This document shows, piece after piece, positions 27,362 through 35,286 of a DNA stretch of 64,000 nucleotides. Numbering within the stretch: the first letter of the stretch is position 1; the number at the start of each line of letters is the position of its first letter. The notes under the pieces are model-generated. The model made no database searches and was not told where the DNA came from. It worked only from the letters and a program-made list of their open reading frames with translations. The translations under genes were made by a program, and so were the position numbers. The DNA is from Candidatus Nealsonbacteria bacterium (GTDB lineage Bacteria > Patescibacteriota > Minisyncoccia > Minisyncoccales > JANBVM01), in NCBI GenBank assembly GCA_026016225.1, contig CP061210.1, positions 450,000 through 513,999 on the forward strand, in the 5' to 3' direction.

Positions 27362-27682
27362 TTGGAAATATATACTCCAGGGTTTAATAAGATTAGAAGG
27401 CTTTTATATCCTATCATTTTAGACTTTTTAGGAAAATACGGGGAAGCTAGTGGAACGGAAATTATGGGATTCATTAAAAAGATGAAGGGAAAGGAGGAGA
27501 AAAAGTTTAAGTTAATAGATTTTGTATATAGATCTTTAGCAGATTATAGCGACCAGATTCAGGAAGTTCTTGTAGATATGATAAGACTTTGTTTAGTTGA
27601 CCAAACAAGATTTGGATATAAATTATCATTATTAGGAAAAGATTCTATTGGTAAAGATTTTGATGAAATAATATTAGGATAA
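27362..27682 (+). CDS. Hypothetical small protein, possibly winged-helix
   Basis: 106 aa. The only plus-strand ORF in the 12-42 kb array. A plus-strand terminator follows it. Confidence 0.35.
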   Translation: MEIYTPGFNKIRRLLYPIILDFLGKYGEASGTEIMGFIKKMKGKEEKKFKLIDFVYRSLADYSDQIQEVLVDMIRLCLVDQTRFGYKLSLLGKDSIGKDFDEIILG

Positions 27683-27722
27683 AATATAGAAAACAAAGGA
27701 AGATTAATTTATTCGATAATTT

Positions 27723-27748
27723 GGTGCAATAGCACCTATTTTTTTTAT
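27723..27748 (+). terminator. Rho-independent terminator
   Basis: ggtgcaatagcacc followed by tatttttttt. Confidence 0.6.
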
Positions 27749-27756
27749 TTCTAAAC

Positions 27757-27897
27757 CTTAAAATCCGAGACAATCCGCCAGCTGGCAGAACCCGGGTTTT
27801 AAAAGCCCCCTTAGTCGGTCTCGAACATAGTTTTTAAGGGGAAACTAAGGGCTTTTTGAAGGTGTCCCACAATGCCCCTCGGTCGGAGCTGTTTTAA
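27757..27897 (-). repeat. L-type long intergenic repeat
   Basis: Minus strand: AAACAGCTCCGACCGAGGGGCATTGTGGGACACCTTCAAAAAGCCCTTAGTTTCCCCTTAAAAACTATGTTCGAGACCGACTAAGGGGGCTTTTAAAACCCGGGTTCTGCC... Confidence 0.7.
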
Positions 27898-27909
27898 ATA
27901 AGGAAAATT

Positions 27910-28938
27910 TTAGTCTAAAATTTCTGTGAACCATCTTTTGATCACTTCTTTTGTTTTTGGGTTCTGTTCAATAAAAAATCCTGGAAGATCTACTTCGAGA
28001 AAATAAAATCTAAAAGCAAAAAATCCAACAACCTTGTCCTTTCCCTTTTCAAGCACTATTTCATAGGCTCTGGCAATCTCTTCTTCATTCCAAGGTCCGC
28101 CCATCAACACTCCAAATTCAGTAATTATGACACCCTTGCAGCCATCCCTCTCTGCTTTGGCGAGCATGAAATCTAAAGCTCCTTCAACACTTTCTGAATA
28201 CTCTTCTAACGTCTGCTCAGACATTAACATACTGCCAAACCCTATATAATCATATCCTGCGAAATCGCCCGGGGGCTGTTCAGGTGTTTTGGATATCGAT
28301 TCTTTATCAGGAAAGCCAGGCATAGCCCCATTCCAAGCAACCTCGCCATTGTAAACCTCTTTTATCTTTAGGAGAATCTCCTGTCTCCACACTCCAATAT
28401 TTTTCTTAAAAATCTTCTCCGGTTCATTTAAAGGAGTAAAAAGTTCAACATCATACTCTTCTGCCAGTTTAGCCACCTCAATGATTCTGGAATTAAGAGC
28501 TTCTAAATCTACGTTTTCTGGCACAGGAGGATCCCCTACAGTTAATGCAACCTTCAAACCATTTCTGTGAACAGTTTGGATGTTATTAATTATAAGCTCT
28601 TTTTCAACAGGAAGGATCTCTTTAAGCTTTTCAAGCAGCTCAGGAGAAAAAACTTCTCTAATTCTTTCAAAATCAGGCTCGGCAAGAGGAGAAAGGGCCG
28701 CAATGAAAATCGTATTGATCCCAAGATCTTTCAGCTTCTGTATATTGGAAGCCAGGTAATTCGGATCCTGAAGCAATAACGTGGGCATCCAAGCTCCTTT
28801 ATAAATATAAACTTCTTCCTCTGCTTTTTCTTCCTTTGTTTTTTCCGTATCAGCAACAAAAATATTTTTATAGACAAAAAATCCTCCTATACCTAAACCA
28901 ATCAAAATTATTAAAATGATTAAAGTTTTTGTTTTCAT
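27910..28938 (-). CDS. Secreted/anchored TIM-barrel glycoside hydrolase-like protein (GH5-like)
   Basis: N-terminal TM helix. FTPLNEPE (acid/base NEP) and VIITEFGV (nucleophile-like) motifs. Confidence 0.5.
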   Translation of the reverse strand: MKTKTLIILIILIGLGIGGFFVYKNIFVADTEKTKEEKAEEEVYIYKGAWMPTLLLQDPNYLASNIQKLKDLGINTIFIAALSPLAEPDFERIREVFSPELLEKLKEILPVEKELIINNIQTVHRNGLKVALTVGDPPVPENVDLEALNSRIIEVAKLAEEYDVELFTPLNEPEKIFKKNIGVWRQEILLKIKEVYNGEVAWNGAMPGFPDKESISKTPEQPPGDFAGYDYIGFGSMLMSEQTLEEYSESVEGALDFMLAKAERDGCKGVIITEFGVLMGGPWNEEEIARAYEIVLEKGKDKVVGFFAFRFYFLEVDLPGFFIEQNPKTKEVIKRWFTEILD

Positions 28939-28946
28939 GTTTCTTT

Positions 28947-28955
28947 ATTCTACCA
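28947..28955 (-). promoter_or_regulatory. Extended -10 box TGGTAGAAT, 8 nt from the ATG (leaderless-type)
   Basis: Minus strand: GCGGTTTTTTGGTAGAATaaagaaacATG. Confidence 0.5.
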
Positions 28956-28973
28956 AAAAACCGCTTGCAACCA

Positions 28974-29288
28974 CTATTTCCATCTATTCTTATCTCTCTT
29001 CTCATACTTTTCCAATACCTTATTAAAAGCATCTTCCAAGTCTATTTCCATTGAATTAGCCATACACACCAAAATATAGAGAATATCAGCTATTTCGGAA
29101 CTAATTTCTTTTTCTTTTTCATTTGCCTTCTTAGTCTTCTCTCCGTATCTATGATTTATTTCCCTTGCTAATTCTCCAACCTCTTCGGTTAGTCTCGCCA
29201 TCATGCTTAACGGCTTCCAATAGGTCTGAGTGCGAGTGTTCTTCTTTATCCAATCATCTACTTTTTTTTGCATCTCTTGTATCTGCAT
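28974..29288 (-). CDS. MazG-like nucleotide pyrophosphohydrolase
   Basis: LTEEVGELAREI and EIADILYILVCMAN (EExxE/ExxD-type helices). 104 aa. Confidence 0.75.
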   Translation of the reverse strand: MQIQEMQKKVDDWIKKNTRTQTYWKPLSMMARLTEEVGELAREINHRYGEKTKKANEKEKEISSEIADILYILVCMANSMEIDLEDAFNKVLEKYEKRDKNRWK

Positions 29289-29327
29289 AGTTTTATTGTT
29301 TTTAAATTTATCATCTTATATTATAAC

Positions 29328-29398
29328 AAAAACCCGATAAATAATCTCGGGCTAAACAGAGCTCCGGGGGCTGGACGATGTTCAAACCTATTTTATGA
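29328..29398 (-). repeat. S-type intergenic repeat
   Basis: Minus strand: TCATAAAATAGGTTTGAACATCGTCCAGCCCCCGGAGCTCTGTTTAGCCCGAGATTATTTATCGGGTTTTT. Confidence 0.75.
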
Positions 29399-29539
29399 AT
29401 AATAAAGAGGTTTTTGAGATGCCAGTTTTGGCTGATCTTTGATCTTACCCCACCCTGCTACTCACTATTTTAAAATATAGCTCAAAAAAAACAACCCACC
29501 GAGAAAATCCCGATAGGCTGTCTTTTATTTAAGACTGGA

Positions 29540-30403
29540 TTAAAATTCTATCTTTATATTTCCGTTGTCCAATCCTGTCCTTGCAGTTCCTACACAATCA
29601 CTTTCATCTGTAAAGTCACCATCATGAGTATCGTATATTGCACCTCCTTGAGGGTTAAAAATCTGTACCCGTGCCGTATCATAAATTCTTGGTTCGCCGG
29701 AATCTCCAGCCCTGAAAATCATCTTATAGCCAGGCTCATGATTCAATTCTCCCATTGCAGTAAAGTTCATGGCAGAGCAAGTTGTGCCCGTAAAGAAATT
29801 CAAGTCCGTTATATTGGTCATATGAAATTTGGACTTATTAAATTCTTCTGTATTAACATTGTGGAAATTAACTTGCCACTCACCAATTAATCCATAACTA
29901 CCTACATTAGCAACAGCTCCTCCAAAGCTAATATCTAGCTAGTCCTTACGTTTACCTTCAACCTCTTCTAGTAAATGCCCTCCACCACTTATATAATCAT
30001 CATTGATAATCCAGAACCAGCGTGTAAGGCGAACATCTATAGCACCTGCATCTTCTCGAGGATTTAATATAAAGCAATACTTTCCAGAAGTCCAGGTGGA
30101 TACATCGGCAGTTGCACTGAATAAGCTTCCATCCCATAAATATGGGTCATTGTAACCATCGACATTTCCTAAAACAGTATTAGTGCCAGCAGCACAAGTA
30201 CCTTCTCTAACCGCCCAAGAAACAGGATCCCAATCTTTATTCTCATCAATATAGATGGCTTTTAGATTTATAGTTCCAAAAACAAATTCACCTTCGTCTG
30301 AAGAGGTAATTGTACTGTTACTTAAAGCAAGTCCAGGTAATGTTAAAATCATACTACTTGAAAGAGTGACTGTGGTTATAATTGCAATAATAAGTTTTTT
30401 CAT
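29540..30403 (-). pseudogene. Secreted protein gene interrupted by a single in-frame TAG (29939..29941): pseudogene or read-through candidate
   Basis: ORFs 29939..30403 and 29540..29821 are in the same frame. Manual translation of 29822..29938 shows no other stop (..GKRKD*LDISFGGAVANVGSYGLIGEWQVNFHNVNTEEFNKSKFHMTNIT..). Confidence 0.6.
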
Positions 30404-30506
30404 TTTTTATATGGCCGATTTAATTTTTATTTCTCGACCTTTGCTCCTCCTTTTCGCTTTCACACTAAAGCTCATTTATTGAAAAGTCAAGCCCGAAATG
30501 GACTTT

Positions 30507-30586
30507 CTACCAAAAAACCGCCCTCTTGAGAAAACGATTGAAGTTGGCTGTGGGTCATGGACGACATTAGAACCTGTTTTATGACT
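30507..30586 (-). repeat. S-type intergenic repeat
   Basis: Minus strand: TCATAAAACAGGTTCTAATGTCGTCCATGACCCACAGCCAACTTCAATCGTTTTCTCAAGAGGGCGGTTTTTTGG. Confidence 0.75.
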
Positions 30587-30671
30587 ACAGAAAGGTTTGT
30601 TGTTATACCGAATTATACATAAAAAACTCCCCTCTTTAAGTCTGTCCAGAGAGTTCATAAATAAAGAGGTG

Positions 30672-31649
30672 CTATTTTTCTTGTTCTAATTTTGGTTCTT
30701 TATCTAAATCTACTTCTACTTCTCCGACTTTTAATTTCTTTTTATTTATCCAAACAAAACCTTTGTCTGGAGTGATTACGGCAACATCAACAAGACCTCC
30801 AACTCCAGGTATACCCCCTGGGTCAGCTGCAATACCATCAGAGAAGCGCTGAATAGCAGAAGTGGTTTGAATCATCAAAACACAAAAGTCAATTGCATCT
30901 TGAAGGGTCATTGTTCCCCACTGAATAACGTATTCTAAATTTCTGAGTTGCTTATGTACTTCTTCCTGCCCATATTTATCAGCCGCTTCATTAACAAACT
31001 TTATGTTCCTAATCCGACCGTCCCAGCCCAAAACAATCCTTGAAACTACATCAATCTGTCCAATCCAAGAAGCCCCGTATTCTTTGCCTTTTTCTTTACC
31101 ATCTCTTTTCTTTTGGATCTCGCCAGGAATATAGCACGTATAAACCTCATGTGAACCATCTTTGTTATAACCTGCTATAATGAAATTTATCACATCGACC
31201 CCACCTACGCCATTTTTCAAATTACCTTTAGCATCTTTAAAACGGAACTTAACAGCGTATTGCTCTTTTTTAATCTCTATAACTTCGCAACCCTGTTTCT
31301 GAAGGTCATTTTTAATCTTTTCTGGTAATTTATCTAATTGTTCCTGCCAGTTATATTTCTTATTAAATAAATAATGTAATTTTTCAGCTGCCTCCTTAAC
31401 ATCTAATTTTTCTATATCTATTTCTCGCTTAAATTGCTCGATAAATTTACTAATATTTTTCATTATTCCATCCTCTGGTAAAAAAGCTAGACCGGTTACT
31501 GCTACACCAATTCTTTTATTCAACTGAAAAAGCTTAGAAGCATTATCGCTTCCAATCCGTGCCATTCCTTTCCTGTTACGATAGGACTGCCGACTATCAG
31601 CAGCTAAAATGATTCCTTCTGGAGTTGTAGTGTTAATTGCTAAGGACAT
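30672..31649 (-). CDS. Proteasome beta-subunit/HslV-type Ntn hydrolase homologue with large insertion
   Basis: MSLAINTTTPEGIILAADSRQS (Thr nucleophile context), NASKLFQL, GVAVTGLA and IIAGYNKDGSHEVY. 325 aa. Confidence 0.65.
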   Translation of the reverse strand: MSLAINTTTPEGIILAADSRQSYRNRKGMARIGSDNASKLFQLNKRIGVAVTGLAFLPEDGIMKNISKFIEQFKREIDIEKLDVKEAAEKLHYLFNKKYNWQEQLDKLPEKIKNDLQKQGCEVIEIKKEQYAVKFRFKDAKGNLKNGVGGVDVINFIIAGYNKDGSHEVYTCYIPGEIQKKRDGKEKGKEYGASWIGQIDVVSRIVLGWDGRIRNIKFVNEAADKYGQEEVHKQLRNLEYVIQWGTMTLQDAIDFCVLMIQTTSAIQRFSDGIAADPGGIPGVGGLVDVAVITPDKGFVWINKKKLKVGEVEVDLDKEPKLEQEK

Positions 31650-31651
31650 AC

Positions 31652-32278
31652 TTAAAGATCGTTTTGAAAGATAAATTTAAGGAGAGGTTGGTATAAGGTT
31701 AAGACCCTATTGTTCCAAGTTGTGTCGAAAGCGGTGAACCCTACCTGGTTATTTTTGCCACACCACTTACTTCTAATGTTTACGTATTCTGAAGAAGAAG
31801 AATCCACACTGTTGCAGTCCATCGTCAGCATTTCATATTGCTGGCTAGAAATAACATAGTATCCTTCGTTCCGAAGAGCTTTCGTTAGATTAGTGTTATC
31901 ACTCACTCGGATAAAATTTTGGGGGTACTCAAAAAGTGAAAAATGCTGACCTTCTATGCCATAGGAGGTAGCAAGATTATCAAGACGAGAAGGATATGAA
32001 GAACGCCAGGCCGATGATTCAGGATAATCTACCGTAAAATGGTCCTCCCAAAAAGCATCGCTTGAAAGTTCTGTAAAACTACAAGAACAGAATATTCCAG
32101 AGGCAAACCCCAAGACCATCGCATTTTTCTCTTCTGAGGGCAAAAAGCAATCTTCCTTTTTGTGGGTTCCAAAAATATAAGCAGAGCCAGCACTATCACC
32201 CTCAAAAACAAACTTTACTCTACCCCCATGGTAGCGTTCAATAACTTCTTTCTGACTATAAAATAAATCTTTTTTCAT
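31652..32278 (-). CDS. Hypothetical protein (208 aa), operon partner of the proteasome-like gene
   Basis: Its stop lies 2 nt before the start of 30672..31649. No recognisable motif. Confidence 0.5.
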   Translation of the reverse strand: MKKDLFYSQKEVIERYHGGRVKFVFEGDSAGSAYIFGTHKKEDCFLPSEEKNAMVLGFASGIFCSCSFTELSSDAFWEDHFTVDYPESSAWRSSYPSRLDNLATSYGIEGQHFSLFEYPQNFIRVSDNTNLTKALRNEGYYVISSQQYEMLTMDCNSVDSSSSEYVNIRSKWCGKNNQVGFTAFDTTWNNRVLTLYQPLLKFIFQNDL

Positions 32279-32394
32279 ATTTCTTATTATTCTTATTATC
32301 TATGAATATTTAAGAAATGTCAAACTGGGCGGAACTCTTATTCCTAGCTAGAAATCGACTTCTTAGTATGGAGTATAAACTAACTTTCTATTAC

Positions 32395-32450
32395 TACGAA
32401 TCGAACCCCTCTCGGTCTCTCGAAAGTCTCACAGCTTAGCTCCCCCTAAT
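32395..32450 (-). repeat. T-type repeat fragment
   Basis: Minus strand: GGGGAGCTAAGCTGTGAGACTTTCGAGAGACCGAGAGGGGTTCGATTCG. Confidence 0.6.
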
Positions 32451-32715
32451 ATATGACTCGGCTATGGAAATAACTATGGGAACACCAAATATGAGAACCC
32501 AAAACCACCAAAATGGCTTTATAAAAGTTATCCAAAATGTTCTTATTAGTTTCGTATAATCAATGTGGATCATTCTTTATTGATTTTAACACAAAATAAG
32601 ACAAATGAGAGAGTATAAAAAGGTTCGACATGATTTTAATATTATTAAAAAATCAGAGTTGACACGATTTTTAGTTCACAAAATTTTGATTTTTGACAAA
32701 TAGTTATTTCTCTTA

Positions 32716-34641
32716 TTACAAATCCGCTTTTTGAGTGCATTGAGAATCAATATAAATTTCGCTATCAATGGAATTGAAAAAATATCCTGGGTAATAAATA
32801 GACTTAGGACACCAGGACACTACTCTTTGGGTGCAATTACTATCCCAGTACTCGTTATACCCATCATAGTAAGTATCGGAATAATTGGGAGAGGGCCTAC
32901 AGAAGATTGCCCTCTGGATGCACCAAGAATCAGAATAATAATCAACACCGTTATAAAAGTATCCTGGATAATTTGTTGATTTAGAACATCCCTTTACTAC
33001 TTTTTGAGTGCAATTACTATTCCAGTAAAATTCTTCTCTATTAACATCCCAATAGAAATCAGGGTTATCTGGATAACGAAGACAGGTGGTTAAATTTCGA
33101 CATTGGTTGTCTGAATAATAATTACTACCGTCATAATAATAACCAGGAAAGTCTGGTGAAGCGTAGCAGGGTTTTATATATCGCGGGTACACAGTAATTG
33201 ATTCATTGGAAGGAATTTTAACTATTGAGGCAGAGACATTACGATATTCGGGTGGTAAATCTCCAATACTAAACTCTTCGCCAGTTGTTTCAAAGTAGTA
33301 GTAATTTCTACCATTACTTAATGGATAATAATAGCCGCTAGGGTTGTTAGAAAATGGTACCGCTACGGCCATGTGGCCTGGTAATTCAACTAAGACAACA
33401 TCAATAGGCATGGCAATAATAACTGCTGCAGCTAAATAACTAGTATCTTCGCAATCTCCATTTTGTTCTGCAATTGTTTCCAATGGATATTTAGGATAGT
33501 CGTTATAACCTATAACATCATCGCCAACATACCCTAGTGATTGGATAAACGATATGGCAAAATCAGATTTTGTGTAGCCATTATCATCAGCAGTTTTTTT
33601 AAGCATTTCTGCTATTTGTTTAATATATTTATCATCGTAGGTAACATAAGTTGCTCCATGCGATTCACGTTTTTTATTTTTATAATAATCATACCAATCC
33701 GATGGGAAAGAATAATCCCATTTCCAAGATTCACCGCCATAGTCCCATTCAAAATGCTGAGCTATTAACCTCCCTCCCCCAGCTGGATGAGAATCTAGGC
33801 TGTCGATAATCCCATCGCTATCGGAATCGGGGTTTAAATCTGATGTCCCAGCAACTAATTCTTGAGCGTAAGTTAAGCCGTCGCCATCATTATCGGCATT
33901 CATTCTTTTTTCTTCAGCTTCTTTTTCTGACAATTTCTGTTCGGCGATTTTCCTCTCTAATTCTTCTTGAGCTCTTTTAGCTTCTTCTTTGGCTCTTTTG
34001 ACAGCTTCTTCCTTTGCTTTTTGTTCAGCTTCCTCTCTGGCTATTTTTTCTCCAGTAAGCTCTCCTTCAACTATTTTCCTTTTTGCCTCTTCTATTTTAG
34101 TTTGAGCTTTTTGATAATAAAAAGACTGTTCAGGAAGCTCTGACAATAAATCTACGGCTTCTTGATAATTACCCTTACCGAACTCATCTAATCCTTGATT
34201 ATATTTTGATAAATCTTTGATTAGCTTCTCGGTCTCTTCTTGTTTATTAGTAATTTCTTGCTTTTTAATACCTAAATTTTTAACAAACCAACTAATCTGA
34301 GCGAGATTTAATTTTTCGCTCGCCTCATTATATTTTTCTTCCGTTGTTAACCGTTCGGCCTCTTTTACCAATTTAGAAATTTTATTATATTCAATCGCTC
34401 CATAAGCAATTCCTGTAGTTACTAAAATAGAGACTACAATTCCTGCCAACAGCGGAATCTTAATAAGGTCTTTATTTTTCTTTATCGTTTTCTTATATCT
34501 TCCGAGATTCTTTCTTAAATCATCAGAAAGCGCTTTAAAAGCTCTATTTAAGACTTCAGGTTTTGCTTTATAAATATATCTCAGTTTTGTCTTTTTATTT
34601 TTTCGTCTCCCTCTTTTATTTTCCTTAATTTTTTCTTTCAT
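32716..34641 (-). CDS. Large membrane-anchored protein: coiled coil, Ca-binding Asp-rich (thrombospondin type-3-like) repeats, transglutaminase-like Cys protease core, C-terminal Cys/Tyr-rich repeats
   Basis: TM helix near residue 65. DNDGDGLTY...NPDSDSDGIIDSLD. NGDCEDTSYL...PGHMAVAV (Cys/His core). Four or more copies of a PGY(F/Y)YxGxxYYSDxxC-like repeat. Confidence 0.6.
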   Translation of the reverse strand: MKEKIKENKRGRRKNKKTKLRYIYKAKPEVLNRAFKALSDDLRKNLGRYKKTIKKNKDLIKIPLLAGIVVSILVTTGIAYGAIEYNKISKLVKEAERLTTEEKYNEASEKLNLAQISWFVKNLGIKKQEITNKQEETEKLIKDLSKYNQGLDEFGKGNYQEAVDLLSELPEQSFYYQKAQTKIEEAKRKIVEGELTGEKIAREEAEQKAKEEAVKRAKEEAKRAQEELERKIAEQKLSEKEAEEKRMNADNDGDGLTYAQELVAGTSDLNPDSDSDGIIDSLDSHPAGGGRLIAQHFEWDYGGESWKWDYSFPSDWYDYYKNKKRESHGATYVTYDDKYIKQIAEMLKKTADDNGYTKSDFAISFIQSLGYVGDDVIGYNDYPKYPLETIAEQNGDCEDTSYLAAAVIIAMPIDVVLVELPGHMAVAVPFSNNPSGYYYPLSNGRNYYYFETTGEEFSIGDLPPEYRNVSASIVKIPSNESITVYPRYIKPCYASPDFPGYYYDGSNYYSDNQCRNLTTCLRYPDNPDFYWDVNREEFYWNSNCTQKVVKGCSKSTNYPGYFYNGVDYYSDSWCIQRAIFCRPSPNYSDTYYDGYNEYWDSNCTQRVVSWCPKSIYYPGYFFNSIDSEIYIDSQCTQKADL

Positions 34642-34647
34642 AGATTA

Positions 34648-35049
34648 TTAAACTCCTCTAATTTTGCGATATTTAGAGATTAAATTATTTATACTTTCTG
34701 AAGATAAATATCCTGTTTGTTCTTCTATTTTTAAAATAAATTCAATAAACCCTAATAGATCTTTGGGATTTGCTTTTAAAATTTCTCCTTCTGTTTTAGA
34801 ATCATACATTCTTGCTTTTGAAATACGCTGAAAAATATCTTTATCAGCAAGATATTGCATATTCGATTTATAACAAAAATAACCATCTACTACTGTTATT
34901 ACCGTAGCCTCTGGTAAGCCCATTAATACAAAAGTTGGTAAGTTTCTACCAGTAATCTTCCTAATAAGATTAGCTAACGGTTCTCCCCAAAGTGGCTTTA
35001 ATGATTGTTTAGGTTGCTTACCAAATAGAATTCTTTTAATTTTTTTCAT
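34648..35049 (-). CDS. Hypothetical protein (133 aa)
   Basis: ORF preceded by a leaderless-type promoter module. Confidence 0.45.
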   Translation of the reverse strand: MKKIKRILFGKQPKQSLKPLWGEPLANLIRKITGRNLPTFVLMGLPEATVITVVDGYFCYKSNMQYLADKDIFQRISKARMYDSKTEGEILKANPKDLLGFIEFILKIEEQTGYLSSESINNLISKYRKIRGV

Positions 35050-35055
35050 ATTTCT

Positions 35056-35064
35056 ATTCTACCA
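35056..35064 (-). promoter_or_regulatory. Extended -10 box TGGTAGAAT, 6 nt from the ATG (leaderless-type)
   Basis: Minus strand: GGTTTTTTGGTAGAATagaaatATG. Confidence 0.5.
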
Positions 35065-35210
35065 AAAAACCATCCACCTCGTCGAGCGAAGCGAGACAGG
35101 CCTTCCTACCCACAATGTTTCATATGTAAAAAGAAAAGTTATTTTATATATAACACTTATTTTGTCAAACTAAACTAAGAACAAATCCAGAATAGACCCA
35201 AAAATTTTAA

Positions 35211-35249
35211 CTCAGCCCCCCCTGGTGCCACAATTTTAGAATCTGTTCT
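35211..35249 (-). repeat. S-type core (divergent, no adjacent hairpin)
   Basis: Minus strand: GAACAGATTCTAAAATTGTGGCACCAGGGGGGGCTGAG. Confidence 0.5.
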
Positions 35250-35286
35250 TATATATTTGTCCTTAAAAATTACCTTATAAATTTGC

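Noticed and set aside
30476-30658. 60-aa ORF with the HKTGSNVV motif shared with ORF 36319..36525, as a conserved protein family
   Set aside because: The shared peptide is the translation of the nucleotide repeat core. The rest of the ORF spans a terminator and a promoter, so it is most likely spurious.
32029-32211. Same-strand nested 60-aa ORF inside 31652..32278
   Set aside because: It is an alternative frame wholly contained in a longer ORF and has no independent support.
32716-34641. C-terminal Cys/Tyr-rich repeats as a diversity-generating retroelement target
   Set aside because: There is no reverse transcriptase and no template/variable repeat pair with A-specific mismatches in the window. 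The repeats are intragenic protein repeats.
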